From NCBI RefSeq assembly GCF_009914755.1, contig NC_060937.1: a stretch of DNA of 64,000 nucleotides. One strand, given 5' to 3'. This stretch comes from the human T2T-CHM13v2.0 reference genome, Homo sapiens. Position numbers and translations under genes: made by a program. Numbering within the stretch: the first letter of the stretch is position 1; each line of letters opens with the position of its first letter. The notes under the pieces were generated by a model, which was given only the letters and a program-made list of their open reading frames with translations, was not told where the DNA came from and searched no databases. Of the stretch, positions 11,401 to 25,968 are shown piece by piece.

Positions 11401-14400
11401 ACACATCACAAACAAGTTTCTGAGAATGCTTCTGTCTGGCTTTTATTGGAAGACGTTTCCTTTTCACCAAAGGCATCAAAGCGCTCCAAATGTCCACTTC
11501 CAGATTCTTCCAAAAGAGTGTTTGAAACGTGCTCAAAGTAAGGGAATGTTCAACTCTGTGACTTGAATGCAGATATCACCAAGTAGTTTCTAATAGTGCT
11601 TCTGTCTAGATTTTAGATGATGATATTCCCGTTTCCAACGAAATCGTTAGAGCTATCCAAATATCCACTTACAGTTGCTACAAAAACAGTGTTTCCAAAC
11701 TGCTGCATCAAAAGAAAGGTTCAACTCTGTTAGTTGAGGACACACGTCACAAAGAAGTTTGTGAGAATGCTTCTGTCTAGATTTTGTATGACGATATTCC
11801 CTTTTCCAACGATATCGTTAAAGCAATCTAAATATCCATTTGCAGAATCCACAAAAATAGAGTTTCAAAGCTGCTCTGTAAAAAGAAAGGTTCCACTCTG
11901 TTAGCTGAGTACACACATCACAAACTTGTTTCTCAGAATCCTTCTGTCTCGTTTTTCTGGGAAGATATTTACTTTTTCACCGTAGGCATCAAAGCGCTCC
12001 AAATGTCCACATCCAGATACTCCAGAAAGAGTGTTTCAAACCTGCTCTATGAAAGGGAATCTTCAACTCTATGAGTTGAATGCAGACATCAGAAAGAAAT
12101 TTCTGAGAATGCTGCTGTCTACCTTTTATTTGAATTCCCGCTTCCAACGAAATCCTCCAAGCTATCCAAATATCCACTTGCAGATTCCACAAAAAGAGTG
12201 TTTCAAAACTGCTCTCTATCAATGGCAAAGTTCAACTCTGTTAGTTGAGGACACATATCACCAACAAGTTTCTGAGAATGCTTCTGTCTATTTTTTATGG
12301 GAAGATATTTCCTTTTTCACCGTAGGCGTCAAGGCGATCGAAATGTCCACTTCCACAAACTACAAAAAGAGTGTTTCAAACCTGCTCTATGAAAGGCCAT
12401 GTTCATCTCTATGAGTCGAATGGAAATATCCGAAAGAAATTTCTGGGAATGCTGCTGTCTAGTTTTTATACGAATTCCCGCTTCCAACGAAATCCTCAAA
12501 GCAATCCAAATATCCACTTGCAGAATCCACAAAAAGAGTGTTTCAAAACTGCTCTATCAATAGAAAGGTTCAACTCTTTTAGTTGAGTACACACATCACA
12601 AACAAGTTTCTGAGAATGCTTCTGTCTGGCTTTTATTGGAAGACGTTTCCTTTTCACCAAAGGCATCAAAGCGCTCCAAATGTCCACTTCCAGATTCTTC
12701 CAAAAGAGTGTTTGAAACGTGCTCAAAGTAAGGGAATGTTCAACTCTGTGACTTGAATGCAGATATCACCAAGTAGTTTCTAATAGTGCTTCTGTCTAGA
12801 TTTTAGATGATGATATTCCCGTTTCCAACGAAATCGTTAGAGCTATCCAAATATCCACTTACAGTTGCTACAAAAACAGTGTTTCCAAACTGCTGCATCA
12901 AAAGAAAGGTTCAACTCTGTTAGTTGAGGACACACGTCACAAAGAAGTTTGTGAGAATGCTTCTGTCTAGATTTTGTATGACGATATTCCCTTTTCCAAC
13001 GATATCGTTAAAGCAATCTAAATATCCATTTGCAGAATCCACAAAAATAGAGTTTCAAAGCTGCTCTGTAAAAAGAAAGGTTCCACTCTGTTAGCTGAGT
13101 ACACACATCACAAACTTGTTTCTCAGAATCCTTCTGTCTCGTTTTTCTGGGAAGATATTTACTTTTTCACCGTAGGCATCAAAGCGCTCCAAATGTCCAC
13201 ATCCAGATACTCCAGAAAGAGTGTTTCAAACCTGCTCTATGAAAGGGAATCTTCAACTCTATGAGTTGAATGCAGACATCAGAAAGAAATTTCTGAGAAT
13301 GCTGCTGTCTACCTTTTATTTGAATTCCCGCTTCCAACGAAATCCTCCAAGCTATCCAAATATCCACTTGCAGATTCCACAAAAAGAGTGTTTCAAAACT
13401 GCTCTCTATCAATGGCAAAGTTCAACTCTGTTAGTTGAGGACACATATCACCAACAAGTTTCTGAGAATGCTTCTGTCTATTTTTTATGGGAAGATATTT
13501 CCTTTTTCACCGTAGGCGTCAAGGCGATCGAAATGTCCACTTCCACAAACTACAAAAAGAGTGTTTCAAACCTGCTCTATGAAAGGCCATGTTCATCTCT
13601 ATGAGTCGAATGGAAATATCCGAAAGAAATTTCTGGGAATGCTGCTGTCTAGTTTTTATACGAATTCCCGCTTCCAACGAAATCCTCAAAGCAATCCAAA
13701 TATCCACTTGCAGAATCCACAAAAAGAGTGTTTCAAAACTGCTCTATCAATAGAAAGGTTCAACTCTTTTAGTTGAGTACACACATCACAAACAAGTTTC
13801 TGAGAATGCTTCTGTCTGGCTTTTATTGGAAGACGTTTCCTTTTCACCAAAGGCATCAAAGCGCTCCAAATGTCCACTTCCAGATTCTTCCAAAAGAGTG
13901 TTTGAAACGTGCTCAAAGTAAGGGAATGTTCAACTCTGTGACTTGAATGCAGATATCACCAAGTAGTTTCTAATAGTGCTTCTGTCTAGATTTTAGATGA
14001 TGATATTCCCGTTTCCAACGAAATCGTTAGAGCTATCCAAATATCCACTTACAGTTGCTACAAAAACAGTGTTTCCAAACTGCTGCATCAAAAGAAAGGT
14101 TCAACTCTGTTAGTTGAGGACACACGTCACAAAGAAGTTTGTGAGAATGCTTCTGTCTAGATTTTGTATGACGATATTCCCTTTTCCAACGATATCGTTA
14201 AAGCAATCTAAATATCCATTTGCAGAATCCACAAAAATAGAGTTTCAAAGCTGCTCTGTAAAAAGAAAGGTTCCACTCTGTTAGCTGAGTACACACATCA
14301 CAAACTTGTTTCTCAGAATCCTTCTGTCTCGTTTTTCTGGGAAGATATTTACTTTTTCACCGTAGGCATCAAAGCGCTCCAAATGTCCACATCCAGATAC

Positions 14401-16790
14401 TCCAGAAAGAGTGTTTCAAACCTGCTCTATGAAAGGGAATCTTCAACTCTATGAGTTGAATGCAGACATCAGAAAGAAATTTCTGAGAATGCTGCTGTCT
14501 ACCTTTTATTTGAATTCCCGCTTCCAACGAAATCCTCCAAGCTATCCAAATATCCACTTGCAGATTCCACAAAAAGAGTGTTTCAAAACTGCTCTCTATC
14601 AATGGCAAAGTTCAACTCTGTTAGTTGAGGACACATATCACCAACAAGTTTCTGAGAATGCTTCTGTCTATTTTTTATGGGAAGATATTTCCTTTTTCAC
14701 CGTAGGCGTCAAGGCGATCGAAATGTCCACTTCCACAAACTACAAAAAGAGTGTTTCAAACCTGCTCTATGAAAGGCCATGTTCATCTCTATGAGTCGAA
14801 TGGAAATATCCGAAAGAAATTTCTGGGAATGCTGCTGTCTAGTTTTTATACGAATTCCCGCTTCCAACGAAATCCTCAAAGCAATCCAAATATCCACTTG
14901 CAGAATCCACAAAAAGAGTGTTTCAAAACTGCTCTATCAATAGAAAGGTTCAACTCTTTTAGTTGAGTACACACATCACAAACAAGTTTCTGAGAATGCT
15001 TCTGTCTGGCTTTTATTGGAAGACGTTTCCTTTTCACCAAAGGCATCAAAGCACTCCAAATGTCCACTTCCAGATTCTTCCAAAAGAGTGTTTGAAACGT
15101 GCTCAAAGTAAGGGAATGTTCAACTCTGTGACTTGAATGCAGATATCACCAAGTAGTTTCTAATAGTGCTTCTGTCTAGATTTTAGATGATGATATTCCC
15201 GTTTCCAACGAAATCGTTAGAGCTATCCAAATATCCACTTACAGTTGCTACAAAAAGAGTGTTTCCAAACTGCTGCATCAAAAGAAAGGTTCAACTCTGT
15301 TAGTTGAGGACACACGTCACAAAGAAGTTTGTGAGAATGCTTCTGTCTAGATTTTGTATGACGATATTCCCTTTTCCAACGATATCGTTAAAGCAATCTA
15401 AATATCCATTTGCAGAATCCACAAAAATAGAGTTTCAAAGCTGCTCTGTAAAAAGAAAGGTTCCACTCTGTTAGCTGAGTACACACATCACAAACTTGTT
15501 TCTCAGAATCCTTCTGTCTCGTTTTTCTGGGAAGATATTTACTTTTTCACCGTAGGCATCAAAGCGCTCCAAATGTCCACATCCAGATACTCCAGAAAGA
15601 GTGTTTCAAACCTGCTCTATGAAAGGGAATCTTCAACTCTATGAGTTGAATGCAGACATCAGAAAGAAATTTCTGAGAATGCTGCTGTCTACCTTTTATT
15701 TGAATTCCCGCTTCCAACGAAATCCTCCAAGCTATCCAAATATCCACTTGCAGATTCCACAAAAAGAGTGTTTCAAAACTGCTCTCTATCAATGGCAAAG
15801 TTCAACTCTGTTAGTTGAGGACACATATCACCAACAAGTTTCTGAGAATGCTTCTGTCTATTTTTTATGGGAAGATATTTCCTTTTTCACCGTAGGCGTC
15901 AAGGCGATCGAAATGTCCACTTCCACAAACTACAAAAAGAGTGTTTCAAACCTGCTCTATGAAAGGCCATGTTCATCTCTATGAGTCGAATGGAAATATC
16001 CGAAAGAAATTTCTGGGAATGCTGCTGTCTAGTTTTTATACGAATTCCCGCTTCCAACGAAATCCTCAAAGCAATCCAAATATCCACTTGCAGAATCCAC
16101 AAAAAGAGTGTTTCAAAACTGCTCTATCAATAGAAAGGTTCAACTCTTTTAGTTGAGTACACACATCACAAACAAGTTTCTGAGAATGCTTCTGTCTGGC
16201 TTTTATTGGAAGACGTTTCCTTTTCACCAAAGGCATCAAAGCGCTCCAAATGTCCACTTCCAGATTCTTCCAAAAGAGTGTTTGAAACGTGCCCAAAGTA
16301 AGGGAATGTTCAACTCTGTGACTTGAATGCAGATATCACCAAGTAGTTTCTAATAGTGCTTCTGTCTAGATTTTAGATGATGATATTCCCGTTTCCAACG
16401 AAATCGTTAGAGCTATCCAAATATCCACTTACAGTTTCTACAAAAAGAGTGTTTCCAAACTGCTGCATCAAAAGAAAGGTTCAACTCTGTTAGTTGAGGA
16501 CACACATCACAAAGAAGTTTGTGAGAATGCTTCTGTCTAGATTTTGTATGACCATATTCCCTTTCCCAGCGATATCATTAAAGCAATCTAAATATCCATT
16601 TGCAGAATCCACAAAAATAGAGTTTCAAAGCTGCTCTGTAAAAAGAAAGGTTCCACTCTGTTAGCTGAGTACACACATCACAAACTTGTTTCTGAGAATC
16701 CTTCTGTCTCGTTTTTATGGGAAGATATTTACTTTTTCACCGTAGGCATCAAAGCGCTCCAAATGTCCACATCCAGATACTCCAGAAAGA
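8461..16790 (-). repeat. Run of 7 consecutive 7-mer units
   Basis: 7 x 1190 bp between the 4-mer blocks at 7781 and 16791. Confidence 0.9.
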
Positions 16791-17468
16791 GTGTTTCAAA
16801 CCTGCTCTATGAAAGGGAATCTTCAACTCTATGAGTTGAATGCAGACATCAGAAAGAAATTTCTGAGAATGCTGCTGTCTACCTTTTATTTGAACTCCCG
16901 CTTCCAACGAAATCCTCCAAGCTATCCAAATATCCACTTGCATTTTCCACAAAAAGAGTGCTTCAAAACTGCTCTATCAATAAATGTTCAACTCCTTTAG
17001 CTGGGTGCACACATCACAAACAAGTTTCTGAGAATGCTTCTGTCTAGTTTTTATGGGAAGACATTCCCTTTTTCACCAAAGGCATCAAAGCGCTCCAAAT
17101 GTCCACTTCCAGACACTACAAAAAGAGTGTTTCCAACGTGCTCTAAGAAAGCGAATGTTCAACTCTGTGACTTGAATGCAGATATCACAAAGTAGTTTCT
17201 GAGAGGACTTCTGTCTAGATTTTAGATGATTATATTCCCGTTTCCAACGAAATCATTAGAGCTATCCAAATATCCACTTACAGTTTCTACAAAAAGAGTG
17301 TTTCCAAACTGCTGCATCAAAAGAGAGGTTCCACTCTGTTAGCTGAGTACACACATCACAAACTTGTTTCTGAGAATCCTTCTGTGTCGTTTTTCTGGGA
17401 AGATATTTACTTTTTCACCGTAGGCATCAAAGCGCTCCAAATGTCCACATCCAGATACTCCAGAAAGA
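16791..17468 (-). repeat. 4-monomer block, 678-bp haplotype
   Basis: Same diagnostics as the 3533 block; private SNP at 17207. Confidence 0.9.
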
Positions 17469-18658
17469 GTGTTTCAAACCTGCTCTATGAAAGGGAATCT
17501 TCAACTCTATGAGTTGAATGCAGACATCAGAAAGAAATTTCTGAGAATGCTGCTGTCTACCTTTTATTTGAATTCCCGCTTCCAACGAAATCCTCCAAGC
17601 TATCCAAATATCCACTTGCAGATTCCACAAAAAGAGTGTTTCAAAACTGCTCTCTATCAATGGCAAAGTTCAACTCTGTTAGTTGAGGACACATATCACC
17701 AACAAGTTTCTGAGAATGCTTCTGTCTATTTTTTATGGGAAGATATTTCCTTTTTCACCGTAGGCGTCAAGGCGATCGAAATGTCCACTTCCACAAACTA
17801 CAAAAAGAGTGTTTCAAACCTGCTCTATGAAAGGCCATGTTCATCTCTATGAGTCGAATGGAAATATCCGAAAGAAATTTCTGGGAATGCTGCTGTCTAG
17901 TTTTTATACGAATTCCCGCTTCCAACGAAATCCTCAAAGCAATCCAAATATCCACTTGCAGAATCCACAAAAAGAGTGTTTCAAAACTGCTCTATCAATA
18001 GAAAGGTTCAACTCTTTTAGTTGAGTACACACATCACAAACAAGTTTCTGAGAATGCTTCTGTCTGGCTTTTATTGGAAGACGTTTCCTTTTCACCAAAG
18101 GCATCAAAGCGCTCCAAATGTCCACTTCCAGATTCTTCCAAAAGAGTGTTTGAAACGTGCTCAAAGTAAGGGAATGTTCAACTCTGTGACTTGAATGCAG
18201 ATATCACCAAGTAGTTTCTAATAGTGCTTCTGTCTAGATTTTAGATGATGATATTCCCGTTTCCAACGAAATCGTTAGAGCTATCCAAATATCCACTTAC
18301 AGTTGCTACAAAAACAGTGTTTCCAAACTGCTGCATCAAAAGAAAGGTTCAACTCTGTTAGTTGAGGACACACGTCACAAAGAAGTTTGTGAGAATGCTT
18401 CTGTCTAGATTTTGTATGACGATATTCCCTTTTCCAACGATATCGTTAAAGCAATCTAAATATCCATTTGCAGAATCCACAAAAATAGAGTTTCAAAGCT
18501 GCTCTGTAAAAAGAAAGGTTCCACTCTGTTAGCTGAGTACACACATCACAAACTTGTTTCTCAGAATCCTTCTGTCTCGTTTTTCTGGGAAGATATTTAC
18601 TTTTTCACCGTAGGCATCAAAGCGCTCCAAATGTCCACATCCAGATACTCCAGAAAGA

Positions 18659-19338
18659 GTGTTTCAAACCTGCTCTATGAAAGGGAATCTTCAACTCTAT
18701 GAGTTGAATGCAGACATCAGAAAGAAATTTCTGAGAATGCTGCTGTCTACCTTTTATTTGAATTCCCGCTTCCAACGAAATCCTCCAAGCTATCCAAATA
18801 TCCACCTGCATTTTCCACAAAAAGAGCGTTTCAAAACTGCTCTATCAATAGAAATGTTCAACTCCTTTGGCTGGGTACACACATCACAAACAAGTTTCTG
18901 AGAATGCTTCTGTCTAGTTTTTATGGGAAGACATTCCCTTTTTCACCAAAGGCATCAAAGCGCTCCAAATGTCCACTTCCAGACACTACAAAAAGAGTGT
19001 TTCCAACGTGCTCTAAGAAAGCGAATGTTCAACTCTGTGACTTGAATGCAGATATCACAAAGTAGTTTCTGAGAGGGCTTCTGTCTAGATTTTAGATGAT
19101 GATATTCCCGTTTCCAACGAAATCATTAGAGCTATCCAAATATCCACTTACAGTTTCTACAAAAAGAGTGTTTCCAAACTGCTGCATCAAAAGAGAGGTT
19201 CCACTCTGTTAGCTGAGTACACACATCACAAACTTGTTTCTCAGAATCCTTCTGTCTCGTTTTTCTGGGAAGATATTTACTTTTTCACCGTAGGCATCAA
19301 AGCGCTCCAAATGTCCACATCCAGATACTCCAGAAAGA
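18659..19338 (-). repeat. 4-monomer block, 680-bp haplotype
   Basis: 680-bp period shift and diagnostic SNPs. Confidence 0.9.
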
Positions 19339-22300
19339 GTGTTTCAAACCTGCTCTATGAAAGGGAATCTTCAACTCTATGAGTTGAATGCAGACATCAG
19401 AAAGAAATTTCTGAGAATGCTGCTGTCTACCTTTTATTTGAATTCCCGCTTCCAACGAAATCCTCCAAGCTATCCAAATATCCACTTGCAGATTCCACAA
19501 AAAGAGTGTTTCAAAACTGCTCTCTATCAATGGCAAAGTTCAACTCTGTTAGTTGAGGACACATATCACCAACAAGTTTCTGAGAATGCTTCTGTCTATT
19601 TTTTATGGGAAGATATTTCCTTTTTCACCGTAGGCGTCAAGGCGATCGAAATGTCCACTTCCACAAACTACAAAAAGAGTGTTTCAAACCTGCTCTATGA
19701 AAGGCCATGTTCATCTCTATGAGTCGAATGGAAATATCCGAAAGAAATTTCTGGGAATGCTGCTGTCTAGTTTTTATACGAATTCCCGCTTCCAACGAAA
19801 TCCTCAAAGCAATCCAAATATCCACTTGCAGAATCCACAAAAAGAGTGTTTCAAAACTGCTCTATCAATAGAAAGGTTCAACTCTTTTAGTTGAGTACAC
19901 ACATCACAAACAAGTTTCTGAGAATGCTTCTGTCTGGCTTTTATTGGAAGACGTTTCCTTTTCACCAAAGGCATCAAAGCGCTCCAAATGTCCACTTCCA
20001 GATTCTTCCAAAAGAGTGTTTGAAACGTGCTCAAAGTAAGGGAATGTTCAACTCTGTGACTTGAATGCAGATATCACCAAGTAGTTTCTAATAGTGCTTC
20101 TGTCTAGATTTTAGATGATGATATTCCCGTTTCCAACGAAATCGTTAGAGCTATCCAAATATCCACTTACAGTTGCTACAAAAACAGTGTTTCCAAACTG
20201 CTGCATCAAAAGAAAGGTTCAACTCTGTTAGTTGAGGACACACGTCACAAAGAAGTTTGTGAGAATGCTTCTGTCTAGATTTTGTATGACGATATTCCCT
20301 TTTCCAACGATATCGTTAAAGCAATCTAAATATCCATTTGCAGAATCCACAAAAATAGAGTTTCAAAGCTGCTCTGTAAAAAGAAAGGTTCCACTCTGTT
20401 AGCTGAGTACACACATCACAAACTTGTTTCTCAGAATCCTTCTGTGTCGTTTTTCTGGGAAGATATTTACTTTTTCACCGTAGGCATCAAAGCGCTCCAA
20501 ATGTCCACATCCAGATACTCCAGAAAGAGTGTTTCAAACCTGCTCTATGAAAGGGAATCTTCAACTCTATGAGTTGAATGCAGACATCAGAAAGAAATTT
20601 CTGAGAATGCTGCTGTCTACCTTTTATTTGAATTCCCGCTTCCAACGAAATCCTCCAAGCTATCCAAATATCCACTTGCAGATTCCACAAAAAGAGTGTT
20701 TCAAAACTGCTCTCTATCAATGGCAAAGTTCAACTCTGTTAGTTGAGGACACATATCACCAACAAGTTTCTGAGAATGCTTCTGTCTATTTTTTATGGGA
20801 AGATATTTCCTTTTTCACCGTAGGCGTCAAGGCGATCGAAATGTCCACTTCCACAAACTACAAAAAGAGTGTTTCAAACCTGCTCTATGAAAGGCCATGT
20901 TCATCTCTATGAGTCGAATGGAAATATCCGAAAGAAATTTCTGGGAATGCTGCTGTCTAGTTTTTATACGAATTCCCGCTTCCAACGAAATCCTCAAAGC
21001 AATCCAAATATCCACTTGCAGAATCCACAAAAAGAGTGTTTCAAAACTGCTCTATCAATAGAAAGGTTCAACTCTTTTAGTTGAGTACACACATCACAAA
21101 CAAGTTTCTGAGAATGCTTCTGTCTGGCTTTTATTGGAAGACGTTTCCTTTTCACCAAAGGCATCAAAGCGCTCCAAATGTCCACTTCCAGATTCTTCCA
21201 AAAGAGTGTTTGAAACGTGCTCAAAGTAAGGGAATGTTCAACTCTGTGACTTGAATGCAGATATCACCAAGTAGTTTCTAATAGTGCTTCTGTCTAGATT
21301 TTAGATGATGATATTCCCGTTTCCAACGAAATCGTTAGAGCTATCCAAATATCCACTTACAGTTGCTACAAAAACAGTGTTTCCAAACTGCTGCATCAAA
21401 AGAAAGGTTCAACTCTGTTAGTTGAGGACACACGTCACAAAGAAGTTTGTGAGAATGCTTCTGTCTAGATTTTGTATGACGATATTCCCTTTTCCAACGA
21501 TATCGTTAAAGCAATCTAAATATCCATTTGCAGAATCCACAAAAATAGAGTTTCAAAGCTGCTCTGTAAAAAGAAAGGTTCCACTCTGTTAGCTGAGTAC
21601 ACACATCACAAACTTGTTTCTCAGAATCCTTCTGTCTCGTTTTTCTGGGAAGATATTTACTTTTTCACCGTAGGCATCAAAGCGCTCCAAATGTCCACAT
21701 CCAGATACTCCAGAAAGAGTGTTTCAAACCTGCTCTATGAAAGGGAATCTTCAACTCTATGAGTTGAATGCAGACATCAGAAAGAAATTTCTGAGAATGC
21801 TGCTGTCTACCTTTTATTTGAATTCCCGCTTCCAACGAAATCCTCCAAGCTATCCAAATATCCACTTGCAGATTCCACAAAAAGAGTGTTTCAAAACTGC
21901 TCTCTATCAATGGCAAAGTTCAACTCTGTTAGTTGAGGACACATATCACCAACAAGTTTCTGAGAATGCTTCTGTCTATTTTTTATGGGAAGATATTTCC
22001 TTTTTCACCGTAGGCGTCAAGGCGATCGAAATGTCCACTTCCACAAACTACAAAAAGAGTGTTTCAAACCTGCTCTATGAAAGGCCATGTTCATCTCTAT
22101 GAGTCGAATGGAAATATCCGAAAGAAATTTCTGGGAATGCTGCTGTCTAGTTTTTATACGAATTCCCGCTTCCAACGAAATCCTCAAAGCAATCCAAATA
22201 TCCACTTGCAGAATCCACAAAAAGAGTGTTTCAAAACTGCTCTATCAATAGAAAGGTTCAACTCTTTTAGTTGAGTACACACATCACAAACAAGTTTCTG

Positions 22301-25288
22301 AGAATGCTTCTGTCTGGCTTTTATTGGAAGACGTTTCCTTTTCACCAAAGGCATCAAAGCGCTCCAAATGTCCACTTCCAGATTCTTCCAAAAGAGTGTT
22401 TGAAACGTGCTCAAAGTAAGGGAATGTTCAACTCTGTGACTTGAATGCAGATATCACCAAGTAGTTTCTAATAGTGCTTCTGTCTAGATTTTAGATGATG
22501 ATATTCCCGTTTCCAACGAAATCGTTAGAGCTATCCAAATATCCACTTACAGTTGCTACAAAAACAGTGTTTCCAAACTGCTGCATCAAAAGAAAGGTTC
22601 AACTCTGTTAGTTGAGGACACACGTCACAAAGAAGTTTGTGAGAATGCTTCTGTCTAGATTTTGTATGACGATATTCCCTTTTCCAACGATATCGTTAAA
22701 GCAATCTAAATATCCATTTGCAGAATCCACAAAAATAGAGTTTCAAAGCTGCTCTGTAAAAAGAAAGGTTCCACTCTGTTAGCTGAGTACACACATCACA
22801 AACTTGTTTCTCAGAATCCTTCTGTCTCGTTTTTCTGGGAAGATATTTACTTTTTCACCGTAGGCATCAAAGCGCTCCAAATGTCCACATCCAGATACTC
22901 CAGAAAGAGTGTTTCAAACCTGCTCTATGAAAGGGAATCTTCAACTCTATGAGTTGAATGCAGACATCAGAAAGAAATTTCTGAGAATGCTGCTGTCTAC
23001 CTTTTATTTGAATTCCCGCTTCCAACGAAATCCTCCAAGCTATCCAAATATCCACTTGCAGATTCCACAAAAAGAGTGTTTCAAAACTGCTCTCTATCAA
23101 TGGCAAAGTTCAACTCTGTTAGTTGAGGACACATATCACCAACAAGTTTCTGAGAATGCTTCTGTCTATTTTTTATGGGAAGATATTTCCTTTTTCACCG
23201 TAGGCGTCAAGGCGATCGAAATGTCCACTTCCACAAACTACAAAAAGAGTGTTTCAAACCTGCTCTATGAAAGGCCATGTTCATCTCTATGAGTCGAATG
23301 GAAATATCCGAAAGAAATTTCTGGGAATGCTGCTGTCTAGTTTTTATACGAATTCCCGCTTCCAACGAAATCCTCAAAGCAATCCAAATATCCACTTGCA
23401 GAATCCACAAAAAGAGTGTTTCAAAACTGCTCTATCAATAGAAAGGTTCAACTCTTTTAGTTGAGTACACACATCACAAACAAGTTTCTGAGAATGCTTC
23501 TGTCTGGCTTTTATTGGAAGACGTTTCCTTTTCACCAAAGGCATCAAAGCGCTCCAAATGTCCACTTCCAGATTCTTCCAAAAGAGTGTTTGAAACGTGC
23601 TCAAAGTAAGGGAATGTTCAACTCTGTGACTTGAATGCAGATATCACCAAGTAGTTTCTAATAGTGCTTCTGTCTAGATTTTAGATGATGATATTCCCGT
23701 TTCCAACGAAATCGTTAGAGCTATCCAAATATCCACTTACAGTTGCTACAAAAACAGTGTTTCCAAACTGCTGCATCAAAAGAAAGGTTCAACTCTGTTA
23801 GTTGAGGACACACGTCACAAAGAAGTTTGTGAGAATGCTTCTGTCTAGATTTTGTATGACGATATTCCCTTTTCCAACGATATCGTTAAAGCAATCTAAA
23901 TATCCATTTGCAGAATCCACAAAAATAGAGTTTCAAAGCTGCTCTGTAAAAAGAAAGGTTCCACTCTGTTAGCTGAGTACACACATCACAAACTTGTTTC
24001 TCAGAATCCTTCTGTCTCGTTTTTCTGGGAAGATATTTACTTTTTCACCGTAGGCATCAAAGCGCTCCAAATGTCCACATCCAGATACTCCAGAAAGAGT
24101 GTTTCAAACCTGCTCTATGAAAGGGAATCTTCAACTCTATGAGTTGAATGCAGACATCAGAAAGAAATTTCTGAGAATGCTGCTGTCTACCTTTTATTTG
24201 AATTCCCGCTTCCAACGAAATCCTCCAAGCTATCCAAATATCCACTTGCAGATTCCACAAAAAGAGTGTTTCAAAACTGCTCTCTATCAATGGCAAAGTT
24301 CAACTCTGTTAGTTGAGGACACATATCACCAACAAGTTTCTGAGAATGCTTCTGTCTATTTTTTATGGGAAGATATTTCCTTTTTCACCGTAGGCGTCAA
24401 GGCGATCGAAATGTCCACTTCCACAAACTACAAAAAGAGTGTTTCAAACCTGCTCTATGAAAGGCCATGTTCATCTCTATGAGTCGAATGGAAATATCCG
24501 AAAGAAATTTCTGGGAATGCTGCTGTCTAGTTTTTATACGAATTCCCGCTTCCAACGAAATCCTCAAAGCAATCCAAATATCCACTTGCAGAATCCACAA
24601 AAAGAGTGTTTCAAAACTGCTCTATCAATAGAAAGGTTCAACTCTTTTAGTTGAGTACACACATCACAAACAAGTTTCTGAGAATGCTTCTGTCTGGCTT
24701 TTATTGGAAGACGTTTCCTTTTCACCAAAGGCATCAAAGCGCTCCAAATGTCCACTTCCAGATTCTTCCAAAAGAGTGTTTGAAACGTGCTCAAAGTAAG
24801 GGAATGTTCAACTCTGTGACTTGAATGCAGATATCACCAAGTAGTTTCTAATAGTGCTTCTGTCTAGATTTTAGATGATGATATTCCCGTTTCCAACGAA
24901 ATCGTTAGAGCTATCCAAATATCCACTTACAGTTGCTACAAAAAGAGTGTTTCCAAACTGCTGCATCAAAAGAAAGGTTCAACTCTGTTAGTTGAGGACA
25001 CACGTCACAAAGAAGTTTGTGAGAATGCTTCTGTCTAGATTTTGTATGACGATATTCCCTTTTCCAACGATATCGTTAAAGCAATCTAAATATCCATTTG
25101 CAGAATCCACAAAAATAGAGTTTCAAAGCTGCTCTGTAAAAAGAAAGGTTCCACTCTGTTAGCTGAGTACACACATCACAAACTTGTTTCTCAGAATCCT
25201 TCTGTCTCGTTTTTCTGGGAAGATATTTACTTTTTCACCGTAGGCATCAAAGCGCTCCAAATGTCCACATCCAGATACTCCAGAAAGA

Positions 25289-25968
25289 GTGTTTCAAACC
25301 TGCTCTATGAAAGGGAATCTTCAACTCTATGAGTTGAATGCAGACATCAGAAAGAAATTTCTGAGAATGCTGCTGTCTACCTTTTATTTGAATTCCCGCT
25401 TCCAACGAAATCCTCCAAGCTATCCAAATATCCACCTGCATTTTCCACAAAAAGAGCGTTTCAAAACTGCTCTATCAATAGAAATGTTCAACTCCTTTGG
25501 CTGGGTACACACATCACAAACAAGTTTCTGAGAATGCTTCTGTCTAGTTTTTATGGGAAGACATTCCCTTTTTCACCAAAGGCATCAAAGCGCTCCAAAT
25601 GTCCACTTCCAGACACTACAAAAAGAGTGTTTCCAACGTGCTCTAAGAAAGCGAATGTTCAACTCTGTGACTTGAATGCAGATATCACAAAGTAGTTTCT
25701 GAGAGGGCTTCTGTCTAGATTTTAGATGATGATATTCCCGTTTCCAACGAAATCATTAGAGCTATCCAAATATCCACTTACAGTTTCTACAAAAAGAGTG
25801 TTTCCAAACTGCTGCATCAAAAGAGAGGTTCCACTCTGTTAGCTGAGTACACACATCACAAACTTGTTTCTCAGAATCCTTCTGTCTCGTTTTTCTGGGA
25901 AGATATTTACTTTTTCACCGTAGGCATCAAAGCGCTCCAAATGTCCACATCCAGATACTCCAGAAAGA
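25289..25968 (-). repeat. 4-monomer block, 680-bp haplotype
   Basis: 680-bp period shift and diagnostic SNPs. Confidence 0.9.
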
